The translations under genes were made by a program, and so were the position numbers. A model generated the notes under the pieces. The model ran no database searches and had not been told where the DNA came from. It worked only from the letters and a program-made list of their open reading frames with translations. Below, one piece after another: positions 50,750 to 62,645 of a DNA stretch of 64,000 nt (within the stretch, counting starts at the first letter, position 1; each line of letters begins with the position of its first letter). The DNA comes from Lama guanicoe (Eukaryota), in contig MU056000.1 in NCBI GenBank assembly GCA_013239625.1, forward strand, positions 7,541,214 to 7,605,213. Reading direction: 5' to 3'.

Positions 50750-53482
50750 CTGACTTGGAGGGTGTCTCCTACGAACTTGTCCTTTCACCTGGTCTGCTGT
50801 CTCGCTCGGCCCTGTGCGCACTCTGCTGTGTGTGCCACCACATTTTCCCGGCCACTTCCCAGCTGAGAATGCTTTGATTGTCTCTTCTTCCACGTGGCCA
50901 CAGGCAAGACCTTGGCGGACATCCTTGTTCGTGGTCTTGGGATGGGTGCGACCATTTCTCTGGATGGACAGATGGGAGTGGATTCTGAGCCACAGACTCA
51001 GCTTCACGGAGTCCTACACACGGCTGCCCTGGGTCTCACTGGTTCCCCAGGAGCTGCCTACGCCCGGCAGCAACACACAAGTGTTCCCATCTCCCCGTAT
51101 CTCCAGCACTGGGGAGGGGCTCCCCTTCCGTCTTTGTCATTCTGATGCCGGTTTGCCATCACTGTTTTGTTTTCCTCTCCACTGCCGGCAGCTTTCAGCA
51201 CCTCTGCCTGTACTTTGTTGGCTATTGGTGCCCCCGGCACCCCCTCTCCAGCCTTTTTCAAACCATCTACTATATTTTTAATTTAAAGAACTTTGTTGTT
51301 TTATACAATTAAACTAGCTTCTCTGAGTGGCCGTCTGTCTCTTTTCCTTGTTTGTGACACCCTTCACCGGGCGAAAGCCCTTAAGTGCTGCTGCCTTACG
51401 CTCCCGTTGTCACAGAGATTCCGATGAAACAGCTCATCTATATTTGACTTGCTTTTTATTGCAGTCCTCCAACCAGGATGCAGGCATGAGTCCACAGGGA
51501 CCTGGGTTAAGGGACATTAGAGTTATGGAGGCCTTTTTTCACACAAAATCATGCTCACTTTTCATTCTGAATCCTGATCCAGCCTCGGCACCCTGGCCCT
51601 TTCTTCCATGAGCTCCAGATCTTTTTCTGGAGCTTTTCGGTCCCTCGTGAACAAGGACCGCAGTGGGCCACCCCTGAACCCTGGAAATGCCTCGATGCCC
51701 TTGAGCTGCACAGAAAACACGCTCACATGCCACCCCGGTCCCCACACTACAACGTAAACAATATAAGCGTGTTCCTCGACAGACCCTCCTGAGAGGACAT
51801 TTTCATCTTTGTGCATCTCAGTAGGTCCCCAGTCACACACTGTCGCTCTTACAGTAAGCGAACAGCATTACAGCAAATGCTCAGGTGGATACAAAACGCA
51901 GAACAGTGTGACCCACATTCCGTGGGCTGAGAAGCAAGGTGTGGGGTCCTTTGGGGACTCCTGGTAGGATCTCAGCAGATGATTAGGTGCCCTGGTAAGT
52001 CGATGCTCTGAGGAAGGAGAATTGAAGGGATGACCGTGGCTTCCCATATGAGTACTTACGAGGACCCCGCGGGGTGGGGCCCCGAGAGAGTGCGCACAGA
52101 TCCGGGGCCTCTTTTGTCTTTGAACAGGTAGTTCTTCTTAAGGCTTAAACCTTAGAAAATGTCCAAAATGTCCCTGAGCTCGGTGCTCTTGAGTTCCAGC
52201 TTGTAAGGAAAGTCTCTGCAAGTAGAATATCTCAGGTCATGGAGAGGACCCGCCTGCAGTCCCTGAAACGTGATGACTCCAACCCGATGACACGAAAGTA
52301 AAGGCTTCTTCTGGCCTTTCAGCAGCACGTCTCTGGCACGTTGGTCTTTCTGGCCCCGTATCTTCGATCTCCAACTAACGCTTACTCCCATCCCCCCTCT
52401 TCCAGGTAGCTGCCCCCACGCCCCGCTGTGTGCTGATTATGACGGTGAATCCCAGTAGGGGTCATTCCTCTCCTTTTCATATAGTCAAGGTGCATCTGTT
52501 TGAAGGCAGGCAAGAATTTGATTACCCATATTAGGACTCCAGTGACGCTTAACAAGGGAAGTCCACAGGTTCTGGGATGCCCCCTTGCTCCTCTGATTCA
52601 CTGGCATTGTCACTCTCCTGAATTCAACACGGAAAAGAGGTAATTTTGTACCAGTGTGATGCTCCAAATAGTTGAGTACCAACCTATTAGTTGTGTAGGC
52701 ATGTTTTATAGGTTTCTTAATAAAAATGGGAGTTTGTACCCAACTAAACCACACACTCTTCTAATATTGGAAATTTTAAGTCCACCTTTACCGTAACTGC
52801 GTTAGGGTTGGTAAAGGTTAGTAGCCTGGCAGCACTTTTTTTTCAGAGCCACGCTGTTTTTTTTCTTCTACTCTTCTAGGTTGTTGCGGACTGACTCGAG
52901 AGTGATTCTCCTCCCAGGGCTCTTCTTAGCAAAGTAAGTAAATTTACACAATCTGAAAGAACCCAGGGCTTCTTGAGGAAAGTGTCTTCTGTAAAACCCA
53001 GGAGGTCCGCTAAAATGCAGACCCCTGGGTCTTGGATTTCCTGTGTTGAGGGTGATGTGGAGATCTGCATTTTAGCAAGCATTTCAGGATGGTTTGAGTA
53101 CAATTAGATCAAAATCTATTAATTCTCTGCTGTGTTCCAAGTGAATTCATGTGTTATCTCATTTAATTCTGTAACTGCCTGTATGGGAAGTATTTCTAAC
53201 CTTATTTTATAGGTTTGGCAGTGAATGTTTATGATCATGAGCTGTCTTGAATCCTGGGGTGCTTGTAAGAGGTGAAACAAACTTTTCCAATCTGTGTCTG
53301 TCCATCTTCAAAGCCCTCAGCCTTAAGAATAAAATCTACAGGTGAGTTGGGAAGAAGAGAAGAAGCAGTTTGCTCTTCAAGGCAAGAAGGAGTTTCAGGC
53401 ATAAGACTGAGTGTTAAGGACAGCTTTGCTTCCTTCACCCGAAAAACTGAGGATTCCCAGAGCGAGAACCTTGCTGATAATC

Positions 53483-53870
53483 TGTATCTGTCAGGAGAGG
53501 CTTAGTTAGCTGCTCTGACAAACACCCCCCCCCAACCGCCAGAATAGTGAAATCACAAAGGCTGATTCCTCACTCATGCTCCATGTCCATTGTGGGTTTA
53601 TAGGGAGGTTCGGCTCAACATAGTCATTCAGGGACCTGCAACATAGCGTTGCTGCTCTGGAAAACTTCCATTTACTGTGAGTGAGAGAAAAAAGCACTCA
53701 GGAGGGTCTTGAACTGGCAGTCACATGCTCCTGCCCAGACGTGATACTTGTCACTTCTGTTCAGAACCTATTTATCAGAGGCAGTCACCTGGCCTACTCA
53801 CGTGCATGTGGGAACCAGGAACCACACCCTACTGTGTTCCCAGAAGCACTAATGACTAGTTATGACCACG
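53483..53870 (-). mobile_element. Ancient MaLR LTR remnant
   Basis: tgtatctgtcaggagaggcttagttagctgc...tcactcatgctccatgtccattgtggg...gtcattcagggacc. Confidence 0.55.
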
Positions 53871-54104
53871 CCAGAGCCCCTATTTGGGTAGGGAGTAGGG
53901 TGAGGCAATGAGGTGGAGTCATTAAAATTATAATATTTTATTCATCATGAATTTTTTTTCACATTTGTTTTTATTTTTGAAAAGATTGCATTAAGAAATT
54001 AGTTATCTTGATGACTGAGTTTTTTTGGAGCACTCCATGAAATTTTATAGCAAGTCTCATCCTTGATATAAATAGAGGATAAAACATATCAGAATTTTGT
54101 TTCC

Positions 54105-54605
54105 TTTTTTTTTTTCTTTATCCAGTCATCTGTTGATGGACATTTAGGCTGTGGTATATTTATTCAATGGAATACTATTCAGCCATAAAAACTGACAACA
54201 TAACGCCATTTGCAGCAACATGGATGCTCCTGGAGAATGTCATTCTAAGTGAAGTAAACCAGAAAGAGAAAGAAAAATACCATATGAGATCGCTCATATG
54301 TGGAATCTAAAGAAAAACCAAGCATAAACACAAAACAGAAACAGACTCATAGACATAGAATACAAACTTGTGGTTGCCAAGGGGGCAGGGACAGACTGGA
54401 ATTTCAAAAGGTAGAATAGAGAAACAAGATTATACTGTATAGCACAGGGAAATACATACAAGATCTTATGGTAGAAAAAAAATGTGACAATGAATATATA
54501 TATGTTCACATATAACTGAAATATTGTGCTCTGCACTAGAATTTGACACAACATTGTAAACTGACTATAACTCAATAAAAAAAAGTTAAAAAATAAAATA
54601 AAATA
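54105..54605 (+). mobile_element. Young camelid L1 3' end with a short 5' inversion
   Basis: Sense 3' end from about 54150 to an A-rich tail, inverted piece at 54116-54151, and TSD agaatt(t/c)tgtttcc (54091-54104, 54606-54619). Confidence 0.9.
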
Positions 54606-57600
54606 AGAATTCTGTTTCCACATTAAAGCCCTAGAAAAAAGCAAGATTTATCACTAAATTAAAATGTTTGCAATATTTAGAAGTAAGAGTATAGTTAACA
54701 TCTACATAAATATTGACAGAGAAAGAAAATAGTGAGAAACACACTCTTAGATTGAAGAGAAAACGCAAAGGTCAGTTGGAGACTGGGGTTTCCAAGGTCC
54801 AGGCTCTTTGTCCTCATTGTGTAGAAAATCTTTTTCTGTTCAGTTTCCCCAGTGACCTTCCAAGTACATTATGAAGATGGTTAAATCCCGCATCCCAGAA
54901 CCTCAAGGTTTTCAGTGATTGGGCTAAGGTTAATCATTGTGAATTGAATGAAACAGCTTATTCAAGTAAAATCGATTGAAATCTTAATGAGCAAAAATGG
55001 AAATTTTGGCCACCAGTCTTCACTTTCTTTCCTGAGGAACACTGTTGTGTAAGATTTTTTTGAAATACTACTATAAGCCCGTGGAAGTTACTATAAGACG
55101 TTAAAGAAACTGATTTTGGTAAAGACCCAGGAAGGATATTTTCCATTTATGGAGCTGTAGACATATAGCAATTTCACTTACTTTGATACTTGGTGTGATT
55201 TTTCTTTTAACCAGTGTCTTCTAAATTTTGTACCTATGTGGATTTCACATGGATGTGAATCTATAAAATTGACCCAGATTCTCTCTCAGCAGTAGAATTG
55301 ATCTCCTTTTCCCTCTGTGCCTTGTAAAATACATCTGTGAACTTTCTGATGAAATTGAAAAGAGAACTTCTTCAAAGACCTGAACTATCTGCTAAATGTG
55401 TTTCCACTCTGAACAGCAGTAGAATGAACACCTAAATGTGGGGTGAAAGTAAGAGCATCTTCTTGACCGTGACTTTGCTTTAATCTTCGGTATTTCACAT
55501 TCTGTAGGAAACCCCTTCATTCCTGGAGCATCCCCACAATGGATACGATCGCTCCGTAATCATCTATGAAAATAAGAAAAGCCCAGGTGTTTGAGAAGCT
55601 CTCTTTACAAGATTCTTGATGCTCAATGTGTCATTCTCTGGAGAACGGTCTTTGTTATCTGAAATCGAGTTTTCTTAGGCACTCATTCCTAGGGTTCTTT
55701 TCTGCATCTCCGGAAGATTGCCTTGACAAACAATTTTTTCTACAGCTAGAAGTCGCTTAGCGCTACATTAGTAAGTCACAGCTAGTGGGCTGCCTTTTCC
55801 CCATTGCCTCCCTGGCGATAATTAGGGTCACAGACAGATTCATTAATATCCGTTCCCTAGGATCAGACTTACTAACAGGGAGCCCTGAGGGCTTATGGAG
55901 AAAAAGTCATTAAAATTGTAATGATGAGTCTTACTCTAGAAGGATATTCCTTCCAGGTAAAGGAAGAGCACAAAAGAATAGGTTCCCGACTTGGGTTACC
56001 AGTTATCAGGGAATGTGTCACTGACACCTGGACAGGGTTTTGAAGGATGAGCAGGAGTTCTTTAGGAGGGAGGACCCTCTTCCTGCTCTGTGAGCCCATG
56101 ATCAGAGACTTGGCATTTCACAGCTAAGGTTAACCTGTGACCTTCAGATGACGGCCCCGGGGCCCTGTTTTCCCTTGTTCTTAAACAGATAGAAAAGTTT
56201 GGATGTTTATGTCGCCCCTGCTTCCCACAAGGATGGCTCCTAGTACAAAAGCCAGCTTCCTCTGCTAATCGGTGGACAAGCCCTAAGGTACAATGTGTGC
56301 TTCAGAGCCCCTCCTGGAATCAGATGGAGTCTGGGACGCTACCTGAAATTGCATCTTTGCTTGGCTTCTGCAGCTCCCTGACTCCACCCACCCAATGATG
56401 GGCATCTGGGGCAACACACCTCCATGGACCCCTTGTGCCTGAATCCTGGGAGAAGCACGCCTCAGATGGTGTCTAATCAGCTGCTGCTTCAGAGATCATA
56501 AATATTAAATCAGATGAATTTGTACTGCACGTGAAAATAATTCCTGAAGCGTAAAGTGTTTGACTGTGTTAGTGATTTCATTATATTCTCACTTAAAAAA
56601 AAAAATTCTCACTTTCTAGTTGTCTTCCAAAGCTGGCCTTGAGAAACCACTGTTAGCATTGCCTTCTCCTACTGGCTCAACAGTCCCCTTAATAACTTTC
56701 CATGTGGCGGGAGCAAGGGCACCAACGTGAATAGATTACTCAGATCTACACGACAGACCCTCCCTTTACTGTCTTGGATTCACAGCTTTCACTTGGCCCG
56801 TTGGGGTTTCTCTAGGGCTTGTATCTCAGCATTTTGCTCACTACTGCAGGGTTATTCATTTCATAAACCCACCTCCTAAACCCAATAAAACACAATTTCT
56901 TCAAAGCAGCCTTTTGTTCTCATTCTGTGAATATGGGAAAAAAAAAGGTGGGAAATCATGAACTTCTTATCTCGGAGACTTATTTCATCTTTTTAGCTCT
57001 GGCGCTCAGAGAGCAGGGGCTGAGTCAGACAGAGCCTCTCTGCTCTTTCTGGAGTCTTCCACCAATTACGTTAACATCCAGGCTGCTGTCGCGTGTGGCT
57101 GGGGGCCGGCCACGGGCTTGATTTACTGCTCTCCTTCGCTGAAGCCCATTTGCCCCGGGCTCAATAAGCCATAAAAAATAGCTCCTCTGCCAGCCTGATA
57201 GCCCCTGCTCTTGAGGCATAAAGTCAATGGGAAAACCCGCAACAGGATGGTCCATTCGTGTTTGACTCTGTTTATCTGGAGGAATAATCATCAGAATTAG
57301 TGACCCATTTTAGGGGAAGGTAGGTAGAAACTCAAGGAATTGATAGAATTTCCTTCGGTTTAACATAACAAATCCCCTAAACTTCCCTCCCTCCCTCCCT
57401 TCCTTCTTTCCTTCCTTCCTATCTTGAAACTGATGACAGCTTTGTAATCGGTGGGGAGTTTGGTGTGACTTCAGAAATGAACTTACAAAAATTAAAAAAA
57501 TAAATTGGCAGCACAACTCCGTCTTTCATAAAAGCTATTCTGTGCCACCGCCTACCTCCTGGGAGGCGGGAGTGCTGAAGGCTCGCGTTTTCCGGAGAGG

Positions 57601-58363
57601 ACCAAAGCGCTGGTCTTTCAACTGCAAACCACCTGACTTTGGGCAGATTGAATCCCGTGCATCTCAGTTGTCTCGGACGCAGATAGGCGCCTAGTGTGCG
57701 TCCCATGCTGGGTGGTGGAAAGGAAAGAGATGAGGTTCCAGCGTGGAAACTAGCACATCCCGACTGCTGGATAAATGACTGTCGTGATTGCCACTGTTAG
57801 ACACACTTGCATACACAAAGCAGCTAGGGCTGGGAAAAGGAAAGAAGAAGGAAATCTTTGGGGGAAAACGGGATTTCTTTAAAAATGTAGTCTTGGAAGA
57901 GGCACTGACATGATTTCTTTGAGACTGTGGTTGGAGAGACCTGCATGTGTGGATGTGTGTGGGTGGGGGGGTGGGGGTGACCAGCAAGAGTGAGATCAGA
58001 GGGTCATGATTGTTCTGATGGCCTGTACCACCTCCAGGTGTCATGAGTCAACAGTTCAGGGGTGTTGGGGCGACCCCCCCTCGGGTACATGGACTTCCCC
58101 CTAGCGATCTGCCCAGCTGAATTGGACCAGGGGGTGGGAGCCAACATTAACAACAGCTGTTTCATCTCAGACACAGCTTCCTCTGCAATTCTGTTCCTCC
58201 TCCTCTTCCTTCTCCCTTCCTTTTTGTATAACCCCCTAGTTTAGGGAACTGTTCTACTGTAGAAAGTAGAGTCAGCTAGTGCTCATTGGAGCATGTTAAG
58301 CAGGCAGTCTTCCTGAGGCCAAGGATACAAGTTTGTTGTTGTTTGTTTTCTTCCTTTCCTTTC

Positions 58364-58400
58364 ATCTATCTATCTATCTATCTATCTATCTACCTATCTA
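58364..58400. repeat. (TATC)n microsatellite
   Basis: Tandem tetranucleotide run. Confidence 0.9.
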
Positions 58401-59747
58401 GTTCTATCCTGTCTGCAGTCAGAGATTGGTATTGAAAATGCAGATTATGTGACGTGGTCCTGTCTGAGGATTTAGGGTGAGTTTTGTTTGTTTGTTCTTG
58501 GTCTTGTTTTTGTTTTATTTATTTATTTTTTTGTGAGTCTTGATGTCTTGAGCTGGAGGCAAGAATAAAGACCTGAAAAGATGAAAGGATACCAGAGAAG
58601 GAGCTTTGTTCCTTGACGGAAGCCACGTTAAAATGAAAACTTGTGCATAAACATTGTTGACATGTGCATGTTCTGATCCTCGTGCTGGATGCCAGAAGTG
58701 AATTACTGGCAGAGTGAATTTCTTGGCAAATTTCTCCCTCTTTAACTCCACCTCACACATACTTCCATACTTCCCTTTTATAAAAATCTGAACCTTTCCA
58801 AAAGGGGATGTCATGGAAACTCACAGGTCTTCATTTTTTAGGGAGAATTTTTCAAATATTAAAAACTCAGGAAAGAGAGAGAGAGAGAGAGAGATGATTT
58901 CAAAATTAATCACCAAGAAAATGGTAAAAATTCACCACTAGAAAGCTAGGAAGTCTGGCTTTTTAAGCCTCTCTCTTTCCTAGATTCAACTTAAAAAAAA
59001 GAGAAAAAAAAAAAACATGGTACTTGGAATCTACAAGCTAAATTGGGAGGGAAATCCTAGAGCATTTACACACCCCACTCGCTGCACTTCAGAACATATT
59101 TTAAATAAATGTAGGTATTGCATCTCTGGATAAATTTACATTAGGGTAAAAGATCATTTAGGGTAACTGTCACCACTGGGCAATCATTAGCACTCCTCCA
59201 ATTGATCTATTCTATGAAATTAAGAATCATTTTAGGAATACACACTTGCTTAATTCACACATATGTGAAAATTTTGCCACTTATTTCTCATTAAGTCATA
59301 GTGAAAAGGTAATAAACCGAGGAGATCTCAGTGCGAGCCCAGAGATGGTTTTAGTTAATATTAAAAAACAGCCTCATTAAGACCCGCGTTTACTAACAAT
59401 CGACTGCATCACAGATGTTGGCGGAGGTCTGATCTGGGGTTACAGCCAGTGTGTGTGTGTTGATTTATGAGCCTGTGTTGGATTGTCTCCTGAGCAGAGA
59501 AATTATATTCAGCTGAAAAATTCAATCTCAAAATTCCAAAACTTCCTACCCAGAGTCCACTAAATGTCACTGGTGGAGGTAATGGGCCATACAAATAAAA
59601 TTCCTGTGGTGGAAACGTGGGCAAGCCTGGTCCATGACTTTAGTTTACATTAGATGCTTGGGTTCTCCACATGGCAAGGCTCTGTCTGTTGACATAGTCG
59701 TGTCTAGCCAAGAGTGGACTTTTTCTTTCCCACGTTGGAAAATCTTA

Positions 59748-59940
59748 TGTATTAATTTCCTATAAATGTTGTTAGTCCCACAAATGTGGTGGCTTAAAGT
59801 GATGCAATTGTATTCTTTTATTTTTAAATTTATTTTTATTAATTGTTTAATTTTTTATTGACATCTAGCCAGTTCACAATGTTGTGTTAATTTCTGGTGT
59901 ACAGTATAATGTTTTATTCATTTGTGTGCATATGTGTGTA

Positions 59941-59971
<31 letters not shown>

Positions 59972-60467
59972 TCCTTTTCATAATGGGTTACTCCAAGATA
60001 TTGAATATAGTTCCCTGTGCTCTGCAGAAGAAACTTGTTGTTCATCTATTTTATATATAGCAGTGTGTATTCTCTGCTGGGTCTAGAGGCCAGACGTCTG
60101 AAATGGGTTTCAGAGGGCTGCAACCGAGGTGTTGGCAGGACTGCACTCCACCTGGGAGTTCCCAGGGGAAGAGTCCGCTTCTTTGCCTTTTTCAGCTTCT
60201 AGTGGCCACTTAACTGTTCCTCTGCTTGTGGCCTCAAGGCTCCTTCCTTTATCTTCCAAGTGCATCACCAACCCTGCTTCTGCCCAATCTCCCTCTGCTT
60301 TTCTCTTTTAAGGAAACGTGTGATTACCTTCAGAGCACACTCAGCTAGTCCAGATCATACCCCATCTCATGATCCTTAACTTAGTCTCTTCTGCTCCTGA
60401 AGGTACATTCACAAGGGCCTGGATTAGAAGCTGCCTATCTTTGAGGGCCATTTTTCTGCCCACCACA
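59748..60467 (-). mobile_element. MaLR LTR (MLT1D/E-like) interrupted by an L1
   Basis: tgtattaatttcct...ggtggcttaaa / ctagaggccagacgtctgaaatggg...ttctgcccaccaca, with near-perfect TSD tctta/tcttc. Confidence 0.8.
59817..60065 (-). mobile_element. L1 3' end inserted in the MLT1
   Basis: T-rich tail, acaatgttgtgttaatttctggtgtacag...atattgaatatagttccctgtgc, with TSD TGTATTCT (59809-59816, 60066-60073). Confidence 0.85.
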
Positions 60468-60559
60468 TCTTCTGATGCAAATTATTAAATTTGACGGGAA
60501 TCACCACTGTATCCTTTTTTTAAAAAAAAAAAGTAATTATAGAACATTTTACATCTTAT

Positions 60560-62645
60560 TTAATTAAATCTTTTAAACTAAGAAAATAATATGCTCGTGG
60601 TAAAGAAATTCAAGCAGTGCAAAGTGTGCGCAGTGAAATATGAGTTGGCCTTCCACCCCTGGCGAGGGTGGCCTCGGTGGCCAGGTGTCACCTTACTCCT
60701 GCTCCAGTCCCTTCCCCAGAGTTAACCATTTACCTGTTTCCACAACGTTTCCACAGATGTACTACATACTTTTAACACACGGAAAATTCTATACATGTTG
60801 TTCTGTCCTTGAACTTTCCGATTCCTTTATCTTGGCATTCTTTCCTCATTAACACACCCAATTTCATTTTATTTCTTTTAACTGTTGTGTGATATTCTGT
60901 TGAATGGAGGTAACATAATTTATTTAAGCATTTCTTTTTTAAAAAAATTAAACATTTAGATTATTTCCAGGATTCTCTCTGCCATCACAGTGTCATCTAC
61001 AGTATTGTATGCATATTTCTTTCCATATAGATCAGTGTTGGTTTTTCTTATTGCAGAATAGCATTCCATTGTATAAACATATCACAATTAGCTTATTCTT
61101 TTTTTGTTGATAGACATCTGATTGTTTCCATTTTTTGGCTATTATGAATAAAGCTGTGATAAAAATGCGAACATAAACCTTTGTGTGAACATATTTTCGT
61201 TTCTCTTTGGAGCATGCTAGGAGTACTGGAATTGTCGCCTCGTGGAGTTTGTGTGTGGCCAACTTCAGTAAATCCCGTTCATGGAAGAAATTTTCCCACA
61301 TTAAGGTATGGGGAAGTCATTCCGGCTTCTACCTGATTTAACTTGAGCTTTAGGCTAATCAAAACAGCCTGTTTGTGGCCTATTGAATGTGCATTGTACA
61401 TCTGCTTTAACCATTAAAGAAAAGAATGCATATAAGACTCAAAATGGAGTAACTGTGGTTCAGGCATTCAAAATGGACTGGGTGGCCACTGTGGACATGG
61501 TTTCAGACACATTCCTGTATTACTGAGAACTTGAATTTTCTGAACTGCATCAGACTCAAGGACTCCACCAGCCTTTCTCAAAACACTGTCTGCTCCCAGC
61601 TGCCAGCTGCAACCTTATGGTCTCAAAGTCTCCCCTTGTAACTGCAAACACTTTGGACCCCAACAAATCCTTGCTTAGCCAGCCTCCTCACTTCTTGCCA
61701 GCTCTAATCCTAACTCGTGACAAACAACTTACGTAACTTTGTGTTTTATTGCCTGTATAAGCCTCCCGCATTTTTAAGTCTGGTGGGACGCACTTCAAGC
61801 GCTTACTGACGCTGCGTCTCCTGAGCTGCAGTCCTCAGTTTGGCTCAGATAAAAGTCTTCTCTGTTGCTCTTATAGATTGTTCATTGACTTTGTCAAATA
61901 GTTTTCAGAGGTGGCTGGAATGAGTTCACTCACCTCCCAGCGCTGTGTGGGAATCCCGACCGTTCTACATTCTTGGCGTCACACCTCGTCCGTGCTGGCC
62001 ATTCTGGTGGGTGTGTGATAGTATTTTATACTTTCAGTTAGCATTTCCCCCATCACGAATGAGTTTTGAATGACGTTTCATATGTTCACTGGCCGCTTGG
62101 TGCTCCTCTTAATGAATGAATTCGCCTGTTCACATCTTTTTCTTACTGTTCTGTCGGTTCGCCTGTCTGGTCCTTACTGATTCGCAGGAGTTCTTCACAC
62201 AGTCTGGATACAACTTCTTTATCAGGATCTGCATTGGAAATATTACCTCCCTCTCCGTGAGTTCTTATTCACTCTCTTAATGTTGACCTTCCACAGACAA
62301 AAGTTTTTCATTTCAATCTCTTCCAATTTCCCAAACTTTTCCTTGATGGTCAGTGTGTTTTTGTGTTACTTTATGAAATCTTTGCTATTCCGAGATCAGA
62401 TGAATAATCTCTTACGCGATTTTCTGGGTACACAACCACCTGAAACGGGTTTTTTTTGTGTGTGTATGTAGAGTCTGAGGGCCTAAGATTCATTTTTTAG
62501 AAGTATGACTATTCAATTGACCTAGCACCAGTTATAGAAAGGATCACCTTTTTCTCATCACTCGACTTCACCTCTGTCATAAATCAAGTGAATGCACATG
62601 GGGAGGTCTGCTTCTGTATCTTCTATTCCGTTTCACTGTTTGTCA
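60560..62645 (-). mobile_element. Old L1 fragments (L1MB/ME-like), split by an LTR
   Basis: ORF 61032-61301(-) has KYVHTKVYVRIFITALFIIAKKWKQ, the L1 ORF2p C-terminal motif. Antisense L1 resumes after 61897. Confidence 0.8.
61276..61896 (+). mobile_element. ERV1-class solo LTR inserted in an L1
   Basis: Interrupts contiguous L1 sequence (aacttcagtaaatcc | aatagttttcagaggtggctg). It has TATA-like gtataagc and a polyA-like gcagtcctcagtttggctcagataaaa. Boundaries are approximate. Confidence 0.7.
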
